Origin: Alphaproteobacteria bacterium
Lineage (GTDB): Bacteria; Pseudomonadota; Alphaproteobacteria; SP197
Length of the DNA stretch: 64,000 nt
Assembly: GCA_964291265.2 (NCBI GenBank)
Contig: OZ219747.1
Location: forward strand, 800,001 to 864,000
Reading direction: 5' to 3'
In this document: positions 19,603 through 30,466 of the stretch, in pieces
Numbering within the stretch: position 1 is the stretch's first letter
How the letters are laid out: each line of letters starts with the position of its first letter
Notes under the pieces: generated by a model
Database searches by the model: none
The model's input: the letters and a program-made list of their open reading frames with translations, nothing else
What the model was told of the DNA's origin: nothing
Translations under genes and position numbers: made by a program

Positions 19603-22296
19603 TCAGATGATGCCGGCGGTGCGGCGCAGCACGTAGTGCAGGATGCCGCCGTTGAGGTAGTAGGCGGCCTCGTTGGAGGTGTCGATGCGGCAGAGGAGTG
19701 CCGTGTCGATGGCCGGACCATCGGACCTGCGGATGGTGGCCGGCACCTCCATGCCGGGCGAGATGCCGCCTTCGAGCCCGGTGATGTCCCATGTCTCGCT
19801 GCCGTCGAGGGCGAGGCCCTCGCGGCTCTCGCCGTCGCGGAACTGCAGGGGCAGGACACCCATGCCGATGAGGTTGGAGCGGTGAATGCGCTCGAAGCTC
19901 TCGGCGATGACCGCCCTCACGCCCAGGAGGGCGGTTCCCTTGGCGGCCCAGTCGCGTGATGAACCGGTACCGTACTCGCGTCCCGCGACGATGACGAGAG
20001 GCACCCCTTCGTCGCGGTAGCGCATCGCCGCGGCGAAGATCGACATCTCGTCGCCGCTCCCCTCGTGACGCGTGACGCCGCCCTCGGATCCGGGAAGAAG
20101 CAGGTTCCTCAGGCGGATGTTGGCAAAGGTCCCGCGCATCATCACTTCGTGATTGCCGCGCCGCGAGCCATAGCTGTTGAAGTCCCGCCGGCCGACCTGG
20201 CGCTCGCTGAGCCAGGCGGCGGCAGGACTGTCGGACGCGATGCCGCCGGCGGGAGAGATGTGATCCGTCGTGATGCTGTCGCCGAGCAGGGCTAGAACCC
20301 TGGCGTTGACGATGTTGTCGGGAGTCGCGGCCGGTTGGCGCGGCATGTCGTCGAAGAAGGGCGGGCGGTGGATGTAGGTGCTTGCCGCATCCCATGCGTA
20401 AGCGCGGCCTTCGGGAACGGCGATGGCGCTCCAGGCATCATCGCCGCTGAAGACATCGGCGTACCGCGCCTTGAACATGTCGGGGGTGAGATGACGGCCG
20501 ATGGCCTCCCCGATCTCGTCGTTCGAAGGCCAGATGTCCTTCAGGTAGACCGGTCCGCCATCGTCCCCCTCGCCCAGGGGCTCGGACGTGATGTCGATCG
20601 CCATCGTGCCGGCCAGGGCGTAGGCCACCACCAGCGGCGGTGAGGCAAGATAGTTCGCCCTTGTGAGCGCGTGGACCCGGCCCTCGAAGTTCCGGTTTCC
20701 CGAGAGCACCGAAGCGACGAGGAGATCGCTCCCCTCGATCGCCTCCTCGACGGCCCGCGGCAGAGGCCCTGAATTTCCGATGCAGGTCGTACAGCCGTAG
20801 CCGACAACGTGGAAGCCCTGCTCCTCGAGGGGCTCGAGAAGTCCGGCTTCGCGGAGATAGTCGGTCACCACCAGGCTGCCCGGCGCCAGGGACGTCTTGA
20901 CCCAGGGTCGTGTCCTGAGGCCGCGTTCGAGGGCCTTCCTGGCGACCAGTCCGGCGGCGATCATCACCGAAGGGTTCGACGTGTTGGTGCAACTCGTGAT
21001 GGCGGCGATGACGACATCGCCGTCGCTCAACCGGTTGCCGTCGGCCATGGCCGCCCTCGCCGGGTTGTCGGCGTCGCGGCCGGCGTCGGCCATGACCTTG
21101 CGGAAGGCGCTGCCGGCAGCGGAAAGGACGATGCGGTCCTGCGGCCGCTTCGGACCGGCAAGGCCGGGCTCCACGTCACCGAGATCGAGTTCGATGACAT
21201 CGCTGTAGAGCGGCTCCAGGCTGTCGTCGCCGCGCCACAGCCCCTGTTCCTTCGCGTAGGCCTCGACGAGACGGACCTGCGTCTCGGGACGCCCCGAGAA
21301 GGCAAGGTAGTCGATGGTCTGTCCGTCGATCGGAAAGAGCCCCGCCGTGGCGCCGTACTCGGGCGCCATGTTGGAGACCGTGGCGCGGTCCGCCAGGGAG
21401 AGATGTCGCAGCCCGTCGCCGGTGAACTCGACAAACCTCCCCACGACACCCCGTGCCCGCAGCATCTCCGTCACCCTGAGGACGAGATCGGTCGCGGTCG
21501 TTCCTTCCCGGGGTTGTCCGCCAAGACGAAAACCGACGACCTCGGGTATCAGCATCGAGATCGGCTGGCCCAGCATCGCCGCTTCCGCCTCGATACCGCC
21601 GACGCCCCAGCCGAGGACCGCGAGGGCGTTCACCATCGTGGTGTGGCTGTCGGTTCCGACCAGGGTGTCCGGGCAGGCGACGCCGTCGCCGGTCCACACG
21701 ACCCGTGCCAGGTATTCGACATTGACCTGATGGCAGATGCCGGTCCCCGGAGGCACCACCCTCAGATTGTCGAACGCCGTCTGGGCCCAGCGCAGGAACC
21801 GATAGCGTTCCCGGTTGCGCTCCATCTCCCGTGCGACGTTGTGCCTGAAGGCGTCCGCGCTGGCGAAGCGGTCTACCTGGACGGAGTGATCGATGACGAG
21901 GTCGACGGGGGTCAGGGGATTGACGAGGTCCGCATCGCCGCCGAGAGAGCTCATGGCGTCGCGCATGGCGGCAAGGTCGACCACCGCCGGCACGCCGGTG
22001 AAGTCCTGCATGAGGACCCGCACCGGCCTGAAGGCGATCTCCCGCGAGACGGACCGTGTCTCCGCCCAGCCGGCAAGTGCGGCGATGTCGTCGGCGGTGA
22101 CGGTATCGCCGTCCTCGTGGCGCAGCAGGTTCTCCAGCAGGATCTTGAGCGAAACGGGCAACCGGCCGACGCCGCCCAGTTTCCGCTCGGCCTCTGCCAG
22201 GCTGAAGTAGTCGTATGGCGTGCCGTCGACCGTCAGGGTGCGACGGCAATCGAGATGGTTGGCGCTGGGCACGGGCAGTCGACCCCCGGACATCAT
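19603..22296 (-). CDS. acnA: Aconitate hydratase A
   Basis: RVLMQDFTGVP, DHSVQ, GTDSHTTM, AITSCTNTSNP, GYGCTTCIGNSG, GSSRDWAAK. Start uncertain (22272-22326). Confidence 0.97.
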   Translation of the reverse strand: MMSGGRLPVPSANHLDCRRTLTVDGTPYDYFSLAEAERKLGGVGRLPVSLKILLENLLRHEDGDTVTADDIAALAGWAETRSVSREIAFRPVRVLMQDFTGVPAVVDLAAMRDAMSSLGGDADLVNPLTPVDLVIDHSVQVDRFASADAFRHNVAREMERNRERYRFLRWAQTAFDNLRVVPPGTGICHQVNVEYLARVVWTGDGVACPDTLVGTDSHTTMVNALAVLGWGVGGIEAEAAMLGQPISMLIPEVVGFRLGGQPREGTTATDLVLRVTEMLRARGVVGRFVEFTGDGLRHLSLADRATVSNMAPEYGATAGLFPIDGQTIDYLAFSGRPETQVRLVEAYAKEQGLWRGDDSLEPLYSDVIELDLGDVEPGLAGPKRPQDRIVLSAAGSAFRKVMADAGRDADNPARAAMADGNRLSDGDVVIAAITSCTNTSNPSVMIAAGLVARKALERGLRTRPWVKTSLAPGSLVVTDYLREAGLLEPLEEQGFHVVGYGCTTCIGNSGPLPRAVEEAIEGSDLLVASVLSGNRNFEGRVHALTRANYLASPPLVVAYALAGTMAIDITSEPLGEGDDGGPVYLKDIWPSNDEIGEAIGRHLTPDMFKARYADVFSGDDAWSAIAVPEGRAYAWDAASTYIHRPPFFDDMPRQPAATPDNIVNARVLALLGDSITTDHISPAGGIASDSPAAAWLSERQVGRRDFNSYGSRRGNHEVMMRGTFANIRLRNLLLPGSEGGVTRHEGSGDEMSIFAAAMRYRDEGVPLVIVAGREYGTGSSRDWAAKGTALLGVRAVIAESFERIHRSNLIGMGVLPLQFRDGESREGLALDGSETWDITGLEGGISPGMEVPATIRRSDGPAIDTALLCRIDTSNEAAYYLNGGILHYVLRRTAGII

Positions 22297-22341
22297 GCTC
22301 TCAACATGCCGCGCCTTGCCCGTCAAGGCAATGTCGCGGAA

Positions 22342-23217
22342 TCAGGAGAAGGGTCGGCCGGTCAGGCGCTCACAGGCCTCGATGTAGCCATGGCGGATGC
22401 GCCCGACGATCTCATCGGGGATATCGGGCGCCGGTGGCGTTCTCCCCCACGACGCCTGTGTCTCGAGCCACGTGCGCAGGATCTGCTTGTCGAGCGAGAC
22501 CGGCGCGGCGCCGGGTTGCCAGCTGTCGGCCGGCCAGAATCGGGAACTGTCACTGGTCAGACACTCGTCGACGAGGGCGATGTCGTCGTCGATGATGCCG
22601 AACTCGAACTTGGTGTCGGCGAGTACGATGCCGCGCCTCGAGGCTTCGCCATGCGCTTCGCCGTAGAGTTCAAGGGCGAGAGAGCGCAGGCGTCCGGCGC
22701 ACTTGGCTCCCAGCCTGTCGACGACGCCGGCAAAGGTGATGGTCTCGTCGTGCGTCCCCGCCGGCGCCTTGGTCGAGGGTGTGAAGACGGGTTCGGGAAG
22801 CCTGTCGCCATGGCGCAGGCCCCGGGGCAGCTGCAGCCCGGCAATGGCGCCGTTCGCCTGGTAGTCCTTCCAGGCACTGCCGGCGAGATAACCGCGGACG
22901 ACACACTCCACGGGCAGAACCTGCGCCTCCCGCACGATCATGCTGCGCCCGTCGAGCCAGGCACGGTCCTCGCCGGAAAGTTCGAGGCAGGCGAGGTCGG
23001 TGGAGACCACGTGGTTGGCGACGATCGGCCGCAGCAGGTCGAACCAGAAGAGAGAGAGACGGGTGAGTATCCTGCCCTTGTCGGGAATGGGCGTCGGCAT
23101 CACCACGTCGAAGGCGGAAACGCGATCGCTCGCCACCATCAGCAGGCCCGTGTCGAGGCGGTAGAGGTCGCGCACCTTGCCCCGGGCGACCAGCTCGAGG
23201 TTCTTCAGTGTCACCAT
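22342..23217 (-). CDS. purC: SAICAR synthetase
   Basis: GKVRDLY, SDRVSAFD, VECVVRGYLAGS, ADTKFEFG, DSSRFW. Confidence 0.97.
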   Translation of the reverse strand: MVTLKNLELVARGKVRDLYRLDTGLLMVASDRVSAFDVVMPTPIPDKGRILTRLSLFWFDLLRPIVANHVVSTDLACLELSGEDRAWLDGRSMIVREAQVLPVECVVRGYLAGSAWKDYQANGAIAGLQLPRGLRHGDRLPEPVFTPSTKAPAGTHDETITFAGVVDRLGAKCAGRLRSLALELYGEAHGEASRRGIVLADTKFEFGIIDDDIALVDECLTSDSSRFWPADSWQPGAAPVSLDKQILRTWLETQASWGRTPPAPDIPDEIVGRIRHGYIEACERLTGRPFS

Positions 23218-23495
23218 GAACGACTGTTTCCCCTTGCCGGCGGGGTTCTGTCAACCATGGAGGTGAGGGGCCGGAGGCATTGCGGCGATGACAAGCGCGC
23301 GCAGGGCACGCCGAGGAGGATCCAACGCCGAATTCTGAGGGAGGAACAGTGCCTCCGGCCCAATACCAGATGGAGTGTGAAGCGCAGAAATTCAATTGCG
23401 TATCGCGAAACCGTGATACGCAGGAAACGCATGGCTGGAAGCCCCTTGAACCGGCCGGCATTCCCTGCAAGCCTCCGTGACGGAGGTACGACACC

Positions 23496-24215
23496 ATGGC
23501 GACCATTCTTGCGATCGAGTTCTGGCCGACCTGCCACCTCGGAACCATGGCTGCCGCCTTCGAGAGATGTGGCGCCAGGGCGGTCTGGGTGCGTCCGGAA
23601 GAAGGAGAGAGGCTGCCGCCGGAACCGGACGGCTGGGATGCTCTGGTCATGCTCGGTGGTCCACAGCATGCCGAGGACGATGCCCGCTATCCCTATCTCG
23701 GCGATGCGGCGCGTCTGGCAGCGGCGTTTCACGAAGCTTCGCGTCCGGTCCTCGGTGTCTGTCTCGGCAGCCAGATCCTCGCCCGGGCACTCGGCGCCCG
23801 GGTCAGGAGGCAGGGGTGGACGGAAGTCGGGTTCAACGAATTCGAGCCGACCGAAGCCGCCGGCAGCGATCCCCTGCTGAAAGGAATTGGACCGGTGAGG
23901 ATTCTCGAGTACCACGAGGACACCTTCGACATTCCCGAACAGGCCGCGCTGCTCATGACGGGCGGGCGTTGCCGCAACCAGGCCTTCCGCCTTGGTGCAA
24001 GCTATGGTTTCCAGTGCCACTTCGAGTGTTCGAGGGAGCTGTGGGAGGAATGGTGGCCGCAGGTGAGCGATTCTCTCCTCGAGACCCACCCCGACTTTCA
24101 CGCCAGATGGCCGGAGTACTTCGCCAGGCACGAGGCGGGAGCCCTGGCCTTCTGCGACGTCGTCTCCGGGCGCTGGCTCGATCTCGTCGAGACGTCACGC
24201 AGCCTGGCTGCCTGA
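23496..24215 (+). CDS. Class I glutamine amidotransferase-like protein
   Basis: LGGP, GVCLGSQ nucleophile elbow, FQCHFE. Confidence 0.9.
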   Translation: MATILAIEFWPTCHLGTMAAAFERCGARAVWVRPEEGERLPPEPDGWDALVMLGGPQHAEDDARYPYLGDAARLAAAFHEASRPVLGVCLGSQILARALGARVRRQGWTEVGFNEFEPTEAAGSDPLLKGIGPVRILEYHEDTFDIPEQAALLMTGGRCRNQAFRLGASYGFQCHFECSRELWEEWWPQVSDSLLETHPDFHARWPEYFARHEAGALAFCDVVSGRWLDLVETSRSLAA

Positions 24216-24218
24216 ACG

Positions 24219-24794
24219 TCAGGATCCGCTGTCGATCTCGAAGAGGCTGTTGTCGAGTTCGACACCGAATCGGGGACTGACGAGCGTGATTCGCGTGACC
24301 ACGCCCTGGGCATCGCGAACCAGCCACTGTTCGAGGGCAAGGGGATCCTCGGCGAGAATGAGCGAGAGCGAACCCGTGCCCGGTTCGTCCACCGATTCCA
24401 GTGTCACGGTCACGAAACCGCCGTCCCGCCCCACGTCGGCGACCCGCACGTTGTCGCCGAACCGGACTTGCGGCCGCAGCAGGAACCGCGCCAGCGTGCC
24501 CTCGACCGAACCTTCCGTGATCTCCCCGGTCTCGCCATCGCGAAACATGAGACGCTCTCCCCTGGCGACGATCAGGGTCGGCGGATCGTCATAGGCGAAG
24601 CGCAGGAAGTGCGGCCGCTTGAGCTGGAATGACCCGGAGAGGTGCGTCAGGTCCTGGTTCGTCTGGACGAACCGTGAATCGAGCGACGTGATCGAATCGA
24701 GATAGACCTCTATGCGGTCCAGCAGGACCCTGTTGTCGTCCGCCGCCGCCGTGAGGGTGACGAGGACCAGGACGGCGGCCATGCGGCCGGTCAA
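24219..24794 (-). CDS. lolA: Outer-membrane lipoprotein carrier LolA family
   Basis: Signal peptide, [23 protein letters not shown], terminal DNSLF. Confidence 0.8.
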   Translation of the reverse strand: MTGRMAAVLVLVTLTAAADDNRVLLDRIEVYLDSITSLDSRFVQTNQDLTHLSGSFQLKRPHFLRFAYDDPPTLIVARGERLMFRDGETGEITEGSVEGTLARFLLRPQVRFGDNVRVADVGRDGGFVTVTLESVDEPGTGSLSLILAEDPLALEQWLVRDAQGVVTRITLVSPRFGVELDNSLFEIDSGS

Positions 24795-25336
24795 TCGAGT
24801 TCTCCCGAGGCGGAGATCCGCGCCGCATTGTTGGCGGCCGCCTCGATCCTGCCGACGACGTCCATGCCCTCGACGACATGGCCGAAGACGACATGCTTGC
24901 CGTCAAGCCACGGTGTCGGCACGGTGGTGATGAAGAACTGCGACGAGTTGGTGTCGGGGCCGCGATTGGCCATCGAGAGGAGGCCCGGGCCGATATGTTT
25001 CAGGGTGAAGTTCTCGTCCTCGAACATGGCGCCATAGATCGACCTGCCCCCGGTGCCGTTGCCCCTTGTGACGTCGCCTCCCTGGATCATGAAGTCGGCG
25101 ATCACCCGGTGAAACCGTGAACCCTCGTAGCCGAAACCCGCCTCGCCGGTGGCAAGCTGGCGGAAATTCTCCGCTGTCCTCGGGGTGACGTCCATTCTCA
25201 GTTCGACGACGATGCGCCCGGCCGGCTCGTCGTTGATTTCGATATCGAGGAACACCTGCGGATTGTCATCCGCCACCGCGCCGGCCGCGCCAAGGCCGGC
25301 GACCACCGTGAGGGCGGAAACGAGTCGGTGTATCAT
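24791..25336 (-). CDS. Cyclophilin-type peptidyl-prolyl isomerase, exported
   Basis: [48 protein letters not shown]. Confidence 0.95.
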   Translation of the reverse strand: MIHRLVSALTVVAGLGAAGAVADDNPQVFLDIEINDEPAGRIVVELRMDVTPRTAENFRQLATGEAGFGYEGSRFHRVIADFMIQGGDVTRGNGTGGRSIYGAMFEDENFTLKHIGPGLLSMANRGPDTNSSQFFITTVPTPWLDGKHVVFGHVVEGMDVVGRIEAAANNAARISASGELD

Positions 25337-25339
25337 GGG

Positions 25340-26248
25340 TCAGGGTCTCCCCGGAGCATTGAGGCGGTAGCGGGTCCGTTCGCACGGCGTGCCGTCTGCG
25401 GCCACCTGGCCCTGGTCGACCAGGCGGATGAGGTGGGCCAGCACGGAACGACGGGCCGCCGGAAAGAGGCGGCGGTCGGTGGAGGCGTAGAGCGCCTCGA
25501 CCACGGCCGGGATGGTGTCGATCCCGTCTTTCAGGCAGGCGATGATCTGCCTGTCGCGCATCCTGCGATGGTCGATGAGGGCGCGGACAAAGGTCGCCGG
25601 ATCGGCAATGGCGGCGCCATGGGTGGGCCTGAGGATGGCGTCACCGCGCACGAGGACGTGGTCGAGGCTGTCGAGATAGGCCGACATGTCGCCATCGGGC
25701 GGGGAGACGACGCTGGTCGACCAGCCCATGACGTGATCGCCCGAGAAGAGCGTCATCTCCTCGCCGAGGGCATAGCACATGTGGTTGGAGGCGTGACCGG
25801 GCGTGTGCACGGCCTCGATGGTCCATCCGGGCCCGGCGATCCGGTCGCCGTGGCGCAGCCGGTGATCGGGAGCAAAGTCACGATCCTCGCTTTCGTCCAC
25901 GGGAGTCGTGCCGTCATCGCCTCCGCAGGCCGGGCCATGGGCCCAGATCTCGGCGCCGGTCGCTTCCTTGAGAAGCCGTGCGGCAGGCGAATGATCGCTG
26001 TGGGTGTGCGTGATGAACTGGTGCGTGATGGTCTCGCCGCGGGTGGCGTCGAGGATGGCCTCGACGTGGCGCACCGATGCGGGTCCGGCGTCGACCACCG
26101 CGACCTCCCCCTGGCCGACGATGAAGGTGCCGGTACCGTGGTAGGTGAAGACCGAGGGATTGTCGGCGACGATGCGGCGCACCAGGGGAGAAACCCGGGT
26201 GGCGGCGCTCCGCACCACGTCGTGTTCCTGGATGAAGGGAATCGACAT
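25340..26248 (-). CDS. MBL-fold metallohydrolase
   Basis: THTHSDH, TPGHASNH, SGDHVMGWST. Confidence 0.92.
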   Translation of the reverse strand: MSIPFIQEHDVVRSAATRVSPLVRRIVADNPSVFTYHGTGTFIVGQGEVAVVDAGPASVRHVEAILDATRGETITHQFITHTHSDHSPAARLLKEATGAEIWAHGPACGGDDGTTPVDESEDRDFAPDHRLRHGDRIAGPGWTIEAVHTPGHASNHMCYALGEEMTLFSGDHVMGWSTSVVSPPDGDMSAYLDSLDHVLVRGDAILRPTHGAAIADPATFVRALIDHRRMRDRQIIACLKDGIDTIPAVVEALYASTDRRLFPAARRSVLAHLIRLVDQGQVAADGTPCERTRYRLNAPGRP

Positions 26249-26251
26249 CGC

Positions 26252-27115
26252 TCAGAGACCGTAGCGCTGCCAGAGGGATCGTTCTTCCGCGGCGCCCACG
26301 AGGTCATCGATGAGACCCTCGGTCGACACGATGCCGCGCGCCAGGAGGCCACCCAGGGGCTGGCGCCTGGCGATGGACCTGAACCGGACCTTGTCGCCGA
26401 ACCGCTCGCGCATGATGGAACGGCAGTCACCGATACCGTCGACGAGGCCCAGGGCCAGAGCCCGGTCCCCGGTCCAGAACTCGCCCGAGAACAGCGTTCT
26501 GGCGCTGGATTTCAGGCGGTCGCCGCGGCGCTCGCGCACGTGATTCCGGAAGGTGACGTGGAGCTCCTTCAGAAGCGCCGACAACCGCTTGACGTCCCCT
26601 TCGGATTCGGGAACGAAGGGATCGAGCATCGCCTTGCGGTCGCCGGCGGTGTGGAGACGGCGCTCGATACCATGGTTCTCGAGGAGGCCATGGAGGCCGA
26701 ACCCGGCATGGATGACGCCGATCGAGCCGATGATCGAACTGCGGTTGGCATAGATCTCGTCTGCGGCACAGGCAAGCCAGTAACCCCCGGACGCGGCGAC
26801 ATCTTCGGTGAAGGCGACGACGGGGAGCTTCTTCTCGTCGGCCAGGGCCCGGATCCTCCCCGCAATGAGCGCCGACTGCACCGGCGAGCCGCCCGGAGAG
26901 TTGATGACAAGGGCGATGGCTGTTGGCCGGCCTGACGAGAAGGCACGGTCGAGCAGGGATTCCATGCCGGCCAGGCTGAGACCGCGCCTGACGCGCGAGG
27001 GCGCCATGATCGGCCCCTCGAGCCTGAGGACATTGACCACCGGGCGCTTGCCGGACAAGCCGACAAGGGGAAGCCACGTCAGGGGTGGTTTGCTGCGCCA
27101 TGTCTGGAGGGCCAT
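26252..27115 (-). CDS. S49 family peptidase (SppA/SohB-like)
   Basis: INSPGGSPVQS, DVAASGGYWLA, GSIGVI. Confidence 0.92.
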   Translation of the reverse strand: MALQTWRSKPPLTWLPLVGLSGKRPVVNVLRLEGPIMAPSRVRRGLSLAGMESLLDRAFSSGRPTAIALVINSPGGSPVQSALIAGRIRALADEKKLPVVAFTEDVAASGGYWLACAADEIYANRSSIIGSIGVIHAGFGLHGLLENHGIERRLHTAGDRKAMLDPFVPESEGDVKRLSALLKELHVTFRNHVRERRGDRLKSSARTLFSGEFWTGDRALALGLVDGIGDCRSIMRERFGDKVRFRSIARRQPLGGLLARGIVSTEGLIDDLVGAAEERSLWQRYGL

Positions 27116-27229
27116 GGCGATCACATAGTGGCATTGCGCGCCGGCAACAAGTCCCGAGACGGCCTTGACCGGTCTGTCACCACGCCACATAACCACTCGG
27201 ACGGCGATGTCTGCGGGTGAGATACGACA

Positions 27230-30200
27230 GTGCATGTTCATCATTCCAACAGTCTCGAGGCACTCGCCGGCGATGTCGCGGCGCGCGTGCGGCAGCATCC
27301 GGCCGACCCCTTTGCTGCCGAGAGACTGGTGGTGCCTCACCCGACCATGCGCCGCTGGCTTACCCTGGAGCTGGCCCGCATCAACGGGATCGCGGCGAAC
27401 TACCGCTTCGAACTGCCGGCACAGTTTGCCTGGTCCATGATGCGTGACGTGGTTCCCGACCTCCCCTTCATGCAGCCCTTTGCGCCGGACAACCTGCGGT
27501 GGCGCCTGTTCGACATGCTGCCCGCGTTTGCCGGAAAGCCTGTCGCCGCGCCGGTCCGGCGCTACCTGGAGGACGGGGATCAGTGCAAGCGATTCGATCT
27601 CTCTGGCGAGATAGCCCGGATGTTCGACCGTTGCCTGCTGTACCGGCCGCAGTGGATCAGGGAATGGGAAGCGGGCGATTCACCGCACTGGCAGGCGCGA
27701 CTGTGGCAGGAACTGGTGGCCGTGGTCGGCAAGGGGCACTGGGTGAATGCCGTCGATCGTTTCCACGCCGCCATGGAGGACGGCGCCGTTCCCGGCCAAT
27801 GGCCCGAACGCGTGACGTTCTTCGCCGTTCCGGCCCTGTCGCCGTCCTATCTCGACCTGCTCGGCCGCATCGCTTCCAGGGTGGAGGTCCACTATTGCCT
27901 CATCAATCCCTGCAGGCAGTACTGGGGTGACATCTTCACCCGATTCGAGACGGTCGTGCTTTCCGGGGACGACGATCCCGATGACCTTCACATCACCGAG
28001 GGAAACGAGCTTCTGGCGGCCTGGGGGCGCATTGGACGCGACACCTTCGATACCCTCGTCGACATGGAGGATGCACGGGGCTTCGACCATTTCGTCGAAC
28101 CCGGAGGATGCCACCGCCTGGCGGATCTCCAGCGCGGCATTCTCGACCTCAGGCTTGCCGGGGAAGAAAGGGCAGAAGGCGTGCCGGCCGACCGGTCGCT
28201 GCAGATCCACGCCTGCCACTCGGCAACGCGCGAGGCCGAGGTTCTCCACGACTGTCTTCTCGATCTCTTCCAGGGGAACCCCGACATTCAGCCGGCGGAT
28301 GTGCACATCCTCACACCCGATCCCCTGCGCTATGAACCCGCAATCGCGTCGGTTTTCGAATCGCGCGGCGAGATTCCGCTGACGCTCTCGCGCGGAAGGT
28401 CCGTCGAGGCGGCCTCGTTGCGGGCCTTCTTCGATCTGCTGGGCCTCGTCCGCTCGCGATGCGGCGCCGAGGAGATGATGGCGCCTCTCGATGCTTCGCT
28501 GGTCCGCCGGTGTTTCGCCATCGACGTGGATGACCTGGTCGACATTCGCCGCTGGGTGCATGAGGCCGCAATCCGCTGGGGTGTCGATGGCGAGCACCGC
28601 AGGGACGAGGGCCAGGACCCGGAATCCCGCAACACGTGGCGCGAGGGCCTGCGCCGCCTTCTTCTCGGCTATGCGGCGGCGGATGTCCGCCGGACCATGC
28701 ATGGCATCGCTCCCTGTTCCCTGGAGAGCGAGGGTTCCCGTTTCGCATCGCAGAGCACCTACGAGGTCCTGGGACGGTTCGTGTCCTACTGCGAGGCCGT
28801 CTTCAGCCTGCGCTGCACCCTGGGAGCGCAACGCAGGGCCGCCGACTGGGTGGCCGCCCTCCACGACATGGTCGACCGCTTCTTCCTGCCGCCGGCCGGC
28901 CGGCTCTTCCCGGAGGAGGCGGACGAGGTCGAAGCCCTGCGCAGAACCATCAGGCAGTTCGAGGACCAGGCGACCCGGGGCAGCGCGGACCTCTCCTTCG
29001 AGGTCGTCCGCGACGTCCTTCACGGCCTTGCGAACGCGCCAGCGCCGGGCTCCACCTGGCTGGGCGACGGTGTCACCGTGAGCCGGCTGGCGGAAGGACA
29101 ACCCCTGCCATCGCGTATCGTGTGCCTTGTGGGCATGAACAGCGATGTCTTTCCCGCGACGCCACGCCCTTCCACCTTCGATCTCGTGGCCAACAGCCCC
29201 CGCCAGAGAGGTGACCGGGATATCCGCTACGAGGACCGTTTCGCTGTCATCGAGGCGCTGCTGGCGGCCAGGACCGGGTTCATCGTGACCTACAGCGGGC
29301 GCGGCATCAGGGACGATGCGCCGATTCCGCCCAGCGTCGTGGTCGATGAACTGGTCGACTACCTGGCCGAACGCTTTCCGGACGGCGCCTTCAGGACCGA
29401 GCATCCCCTGCAGCCCTTCGACTCGCGCTACTTTCGCACGGACACCGGCCTTTTCAGCTATGCGGCCTCCATGTGCGACACGGCCCGCGCCCTCACGGGC
29501 CCGTGCGGCCAGGACAGGGATCCCGGCCGTTTCGGCAAGCCGCTGGTTCTGCCGGCCGGTGAGCCCCTGACCGTGGGTCTCGCCCAGCTGGAACGCTTCT
29601 TCGCCAACCCGGCCCGTGCCTTCCTGGGCGACCGGCTGGCGATCCGCCTGGCCCGCACGGACATCGCGCTGGAGGAAGAGGACCGATTCTCCCTCGATGC
29701 CCTGGAGTCACACCAGTTGCGTGCCGACATCGCCGACATGCGCCTTGCCGGCATGCCTGCCCGGGACATCGAGGACCTGATGATCACGTCCGGCAGGCTT
29801 CCACCGGGCGAACCGGGGGTTGTCATGATCGCAGACGAGGTCGAGGAGTCGCGGCAACTGGTGGAACTCCTCGCCCCCTTCCGGGACGCACTCGGGTCCG
29901 ATCCCGTTCCCATCGACATCGCGGCCGCAGGCTGCCGCGTGATCGGCTCCGTTCCACACACGGGCCCGCAAGGCCTTGTGTGGTGGCGTCCGGGGAGACT
30001 CCGGGCCATCGACCGGATCGGCATCCACCTGCGCCAGCTTGCCCTGGGGGCTGCAGGATACCGCTCGACTGACGCGACCGCCGTCTACCGGGAGGATGGC
30101 GCGTGGACCTGCACGAAACTGGCCGCGCCGCATGAGCAGAGCCTCCAGCCATGGCTCGAGGCCTTCGGGGAAGGGCTGAAGTCCCCGCTTCCCTTCGCCC

Positions 30201-30466
30201 CGGAGACCTCCTTCAGGTGGGCCGAGTGGCGGGCCCGGAAGGGGGCGCAGAGCACGGCGCAGGAAGATGAAGAGCTGGAGGATGAGGAGCAGGAGGAGGC
30301 TGAAGAAGATGTCCGCAGGGCCGTCGACCAGGCCTGGCTGGGTGGTCATGGCGGCCCGGGCGAGGCAAGCCGGCCCGAAATCTCCCTTGCCTGGGACAGG
30401 GCTCATCCCGTGGAGCTGGGTTTTGCCGACTGGGTGCCGCTCCTCGCACCCCTGGCCGGGAAGTGA
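27230..30466 (+). CDS. recC: Exodeoxyribonuclease V gamma subunit
   Basis: HHSNSLE, NPCRQYWGDI, NELLAAWGRIGR, QIHACHS..REAEVLHD, HPLQPF. Confidence 0.95.
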   Translation: MHVHHSNSLEALAGDVAARVRQHPADPFAAERLVVPHPTMRRWLTLELARINGIAANYRFELPAQFAWSMMRDVVPDLPFMQPFAPDNLRWRLFDMLPAFAGKPVAAPVRRYLEDGDQCKRFDLSGEIARMFDRCLLYRPQWIREWEAGDSPHWQARLWQELVAVVGKGHWVNAVDRFHAAMEDGAVPGQWPERVTFFAVPALSPSYLDLLGRIASRVEVHYCLINPCRQYWGDIFTRFETVVLSGDDDPDDLHITEGNELLAAWGRIGRDTFDTLVDMEDARGFDHFVEPGGCHRLADLQRGILDLRLAGEERAEGVPADRSLQIHACHSATREAEVLHDCLLDLFQGNPDIQPADVHILTPDPLRYEPAIASVFESRGEIPLTLSRGRSVEAASLRAFFDLLGLVRSRCGAEEMMAPLDASLVRRCFAIDVDDLVDIRRWVHEAAIRWGVDGEHRRDEGQDPESRNTWREGLRRLLLGYAAADVRRTMHGIAPCSLESEGSRFASQSTYEVLGRFVSYCEAVFSLRCTLGAQRRAADWVAALHDMVDRFFLPPAGRLFPEEADEVEALRRTIRQFEDQATRGSADLSFEVVRDVLHGLANAPAPGSTWLGDGVTVSRLAEGQPLPSRIVCLVGMNSDVFPATPRPSTFDLVANSPRQRGDRDIRYEDRFAVIEALLAARTGFIVTYSGRGIRDDAPIPPSVVVDELVDYLAERFPDGAFRTEHPLQPFDSRYFRTDTGLFSYAASMCDTARALTGPCGQDRDPGRFGKPLVLPAGEPLTVGLAQLERFFANPARAFLGDRLAIRLARTDIALEEEDRFSLDALESHQLRADIADMRLAGMPARDIEDLMITSGRLPPGEPGVVMIADEVEESRQLVELLAPFRDALGSDPVPIDIAAAGCRVIGSVPHTGPQGLVWWRPGRLRAIDRIGIHLRQLALGAAGYRSTDATAVYREDGAWTCTKLAAPHEQSLQPWLEAFGEGLKSPLPFAPETSFRWAEWRARKGAQSTAQEDEELEDEEQEEAEEDVRRAVDQAWLGGHGGPGEASRPEISLAWDRAHPVELGFADWVPLLAPLAGK

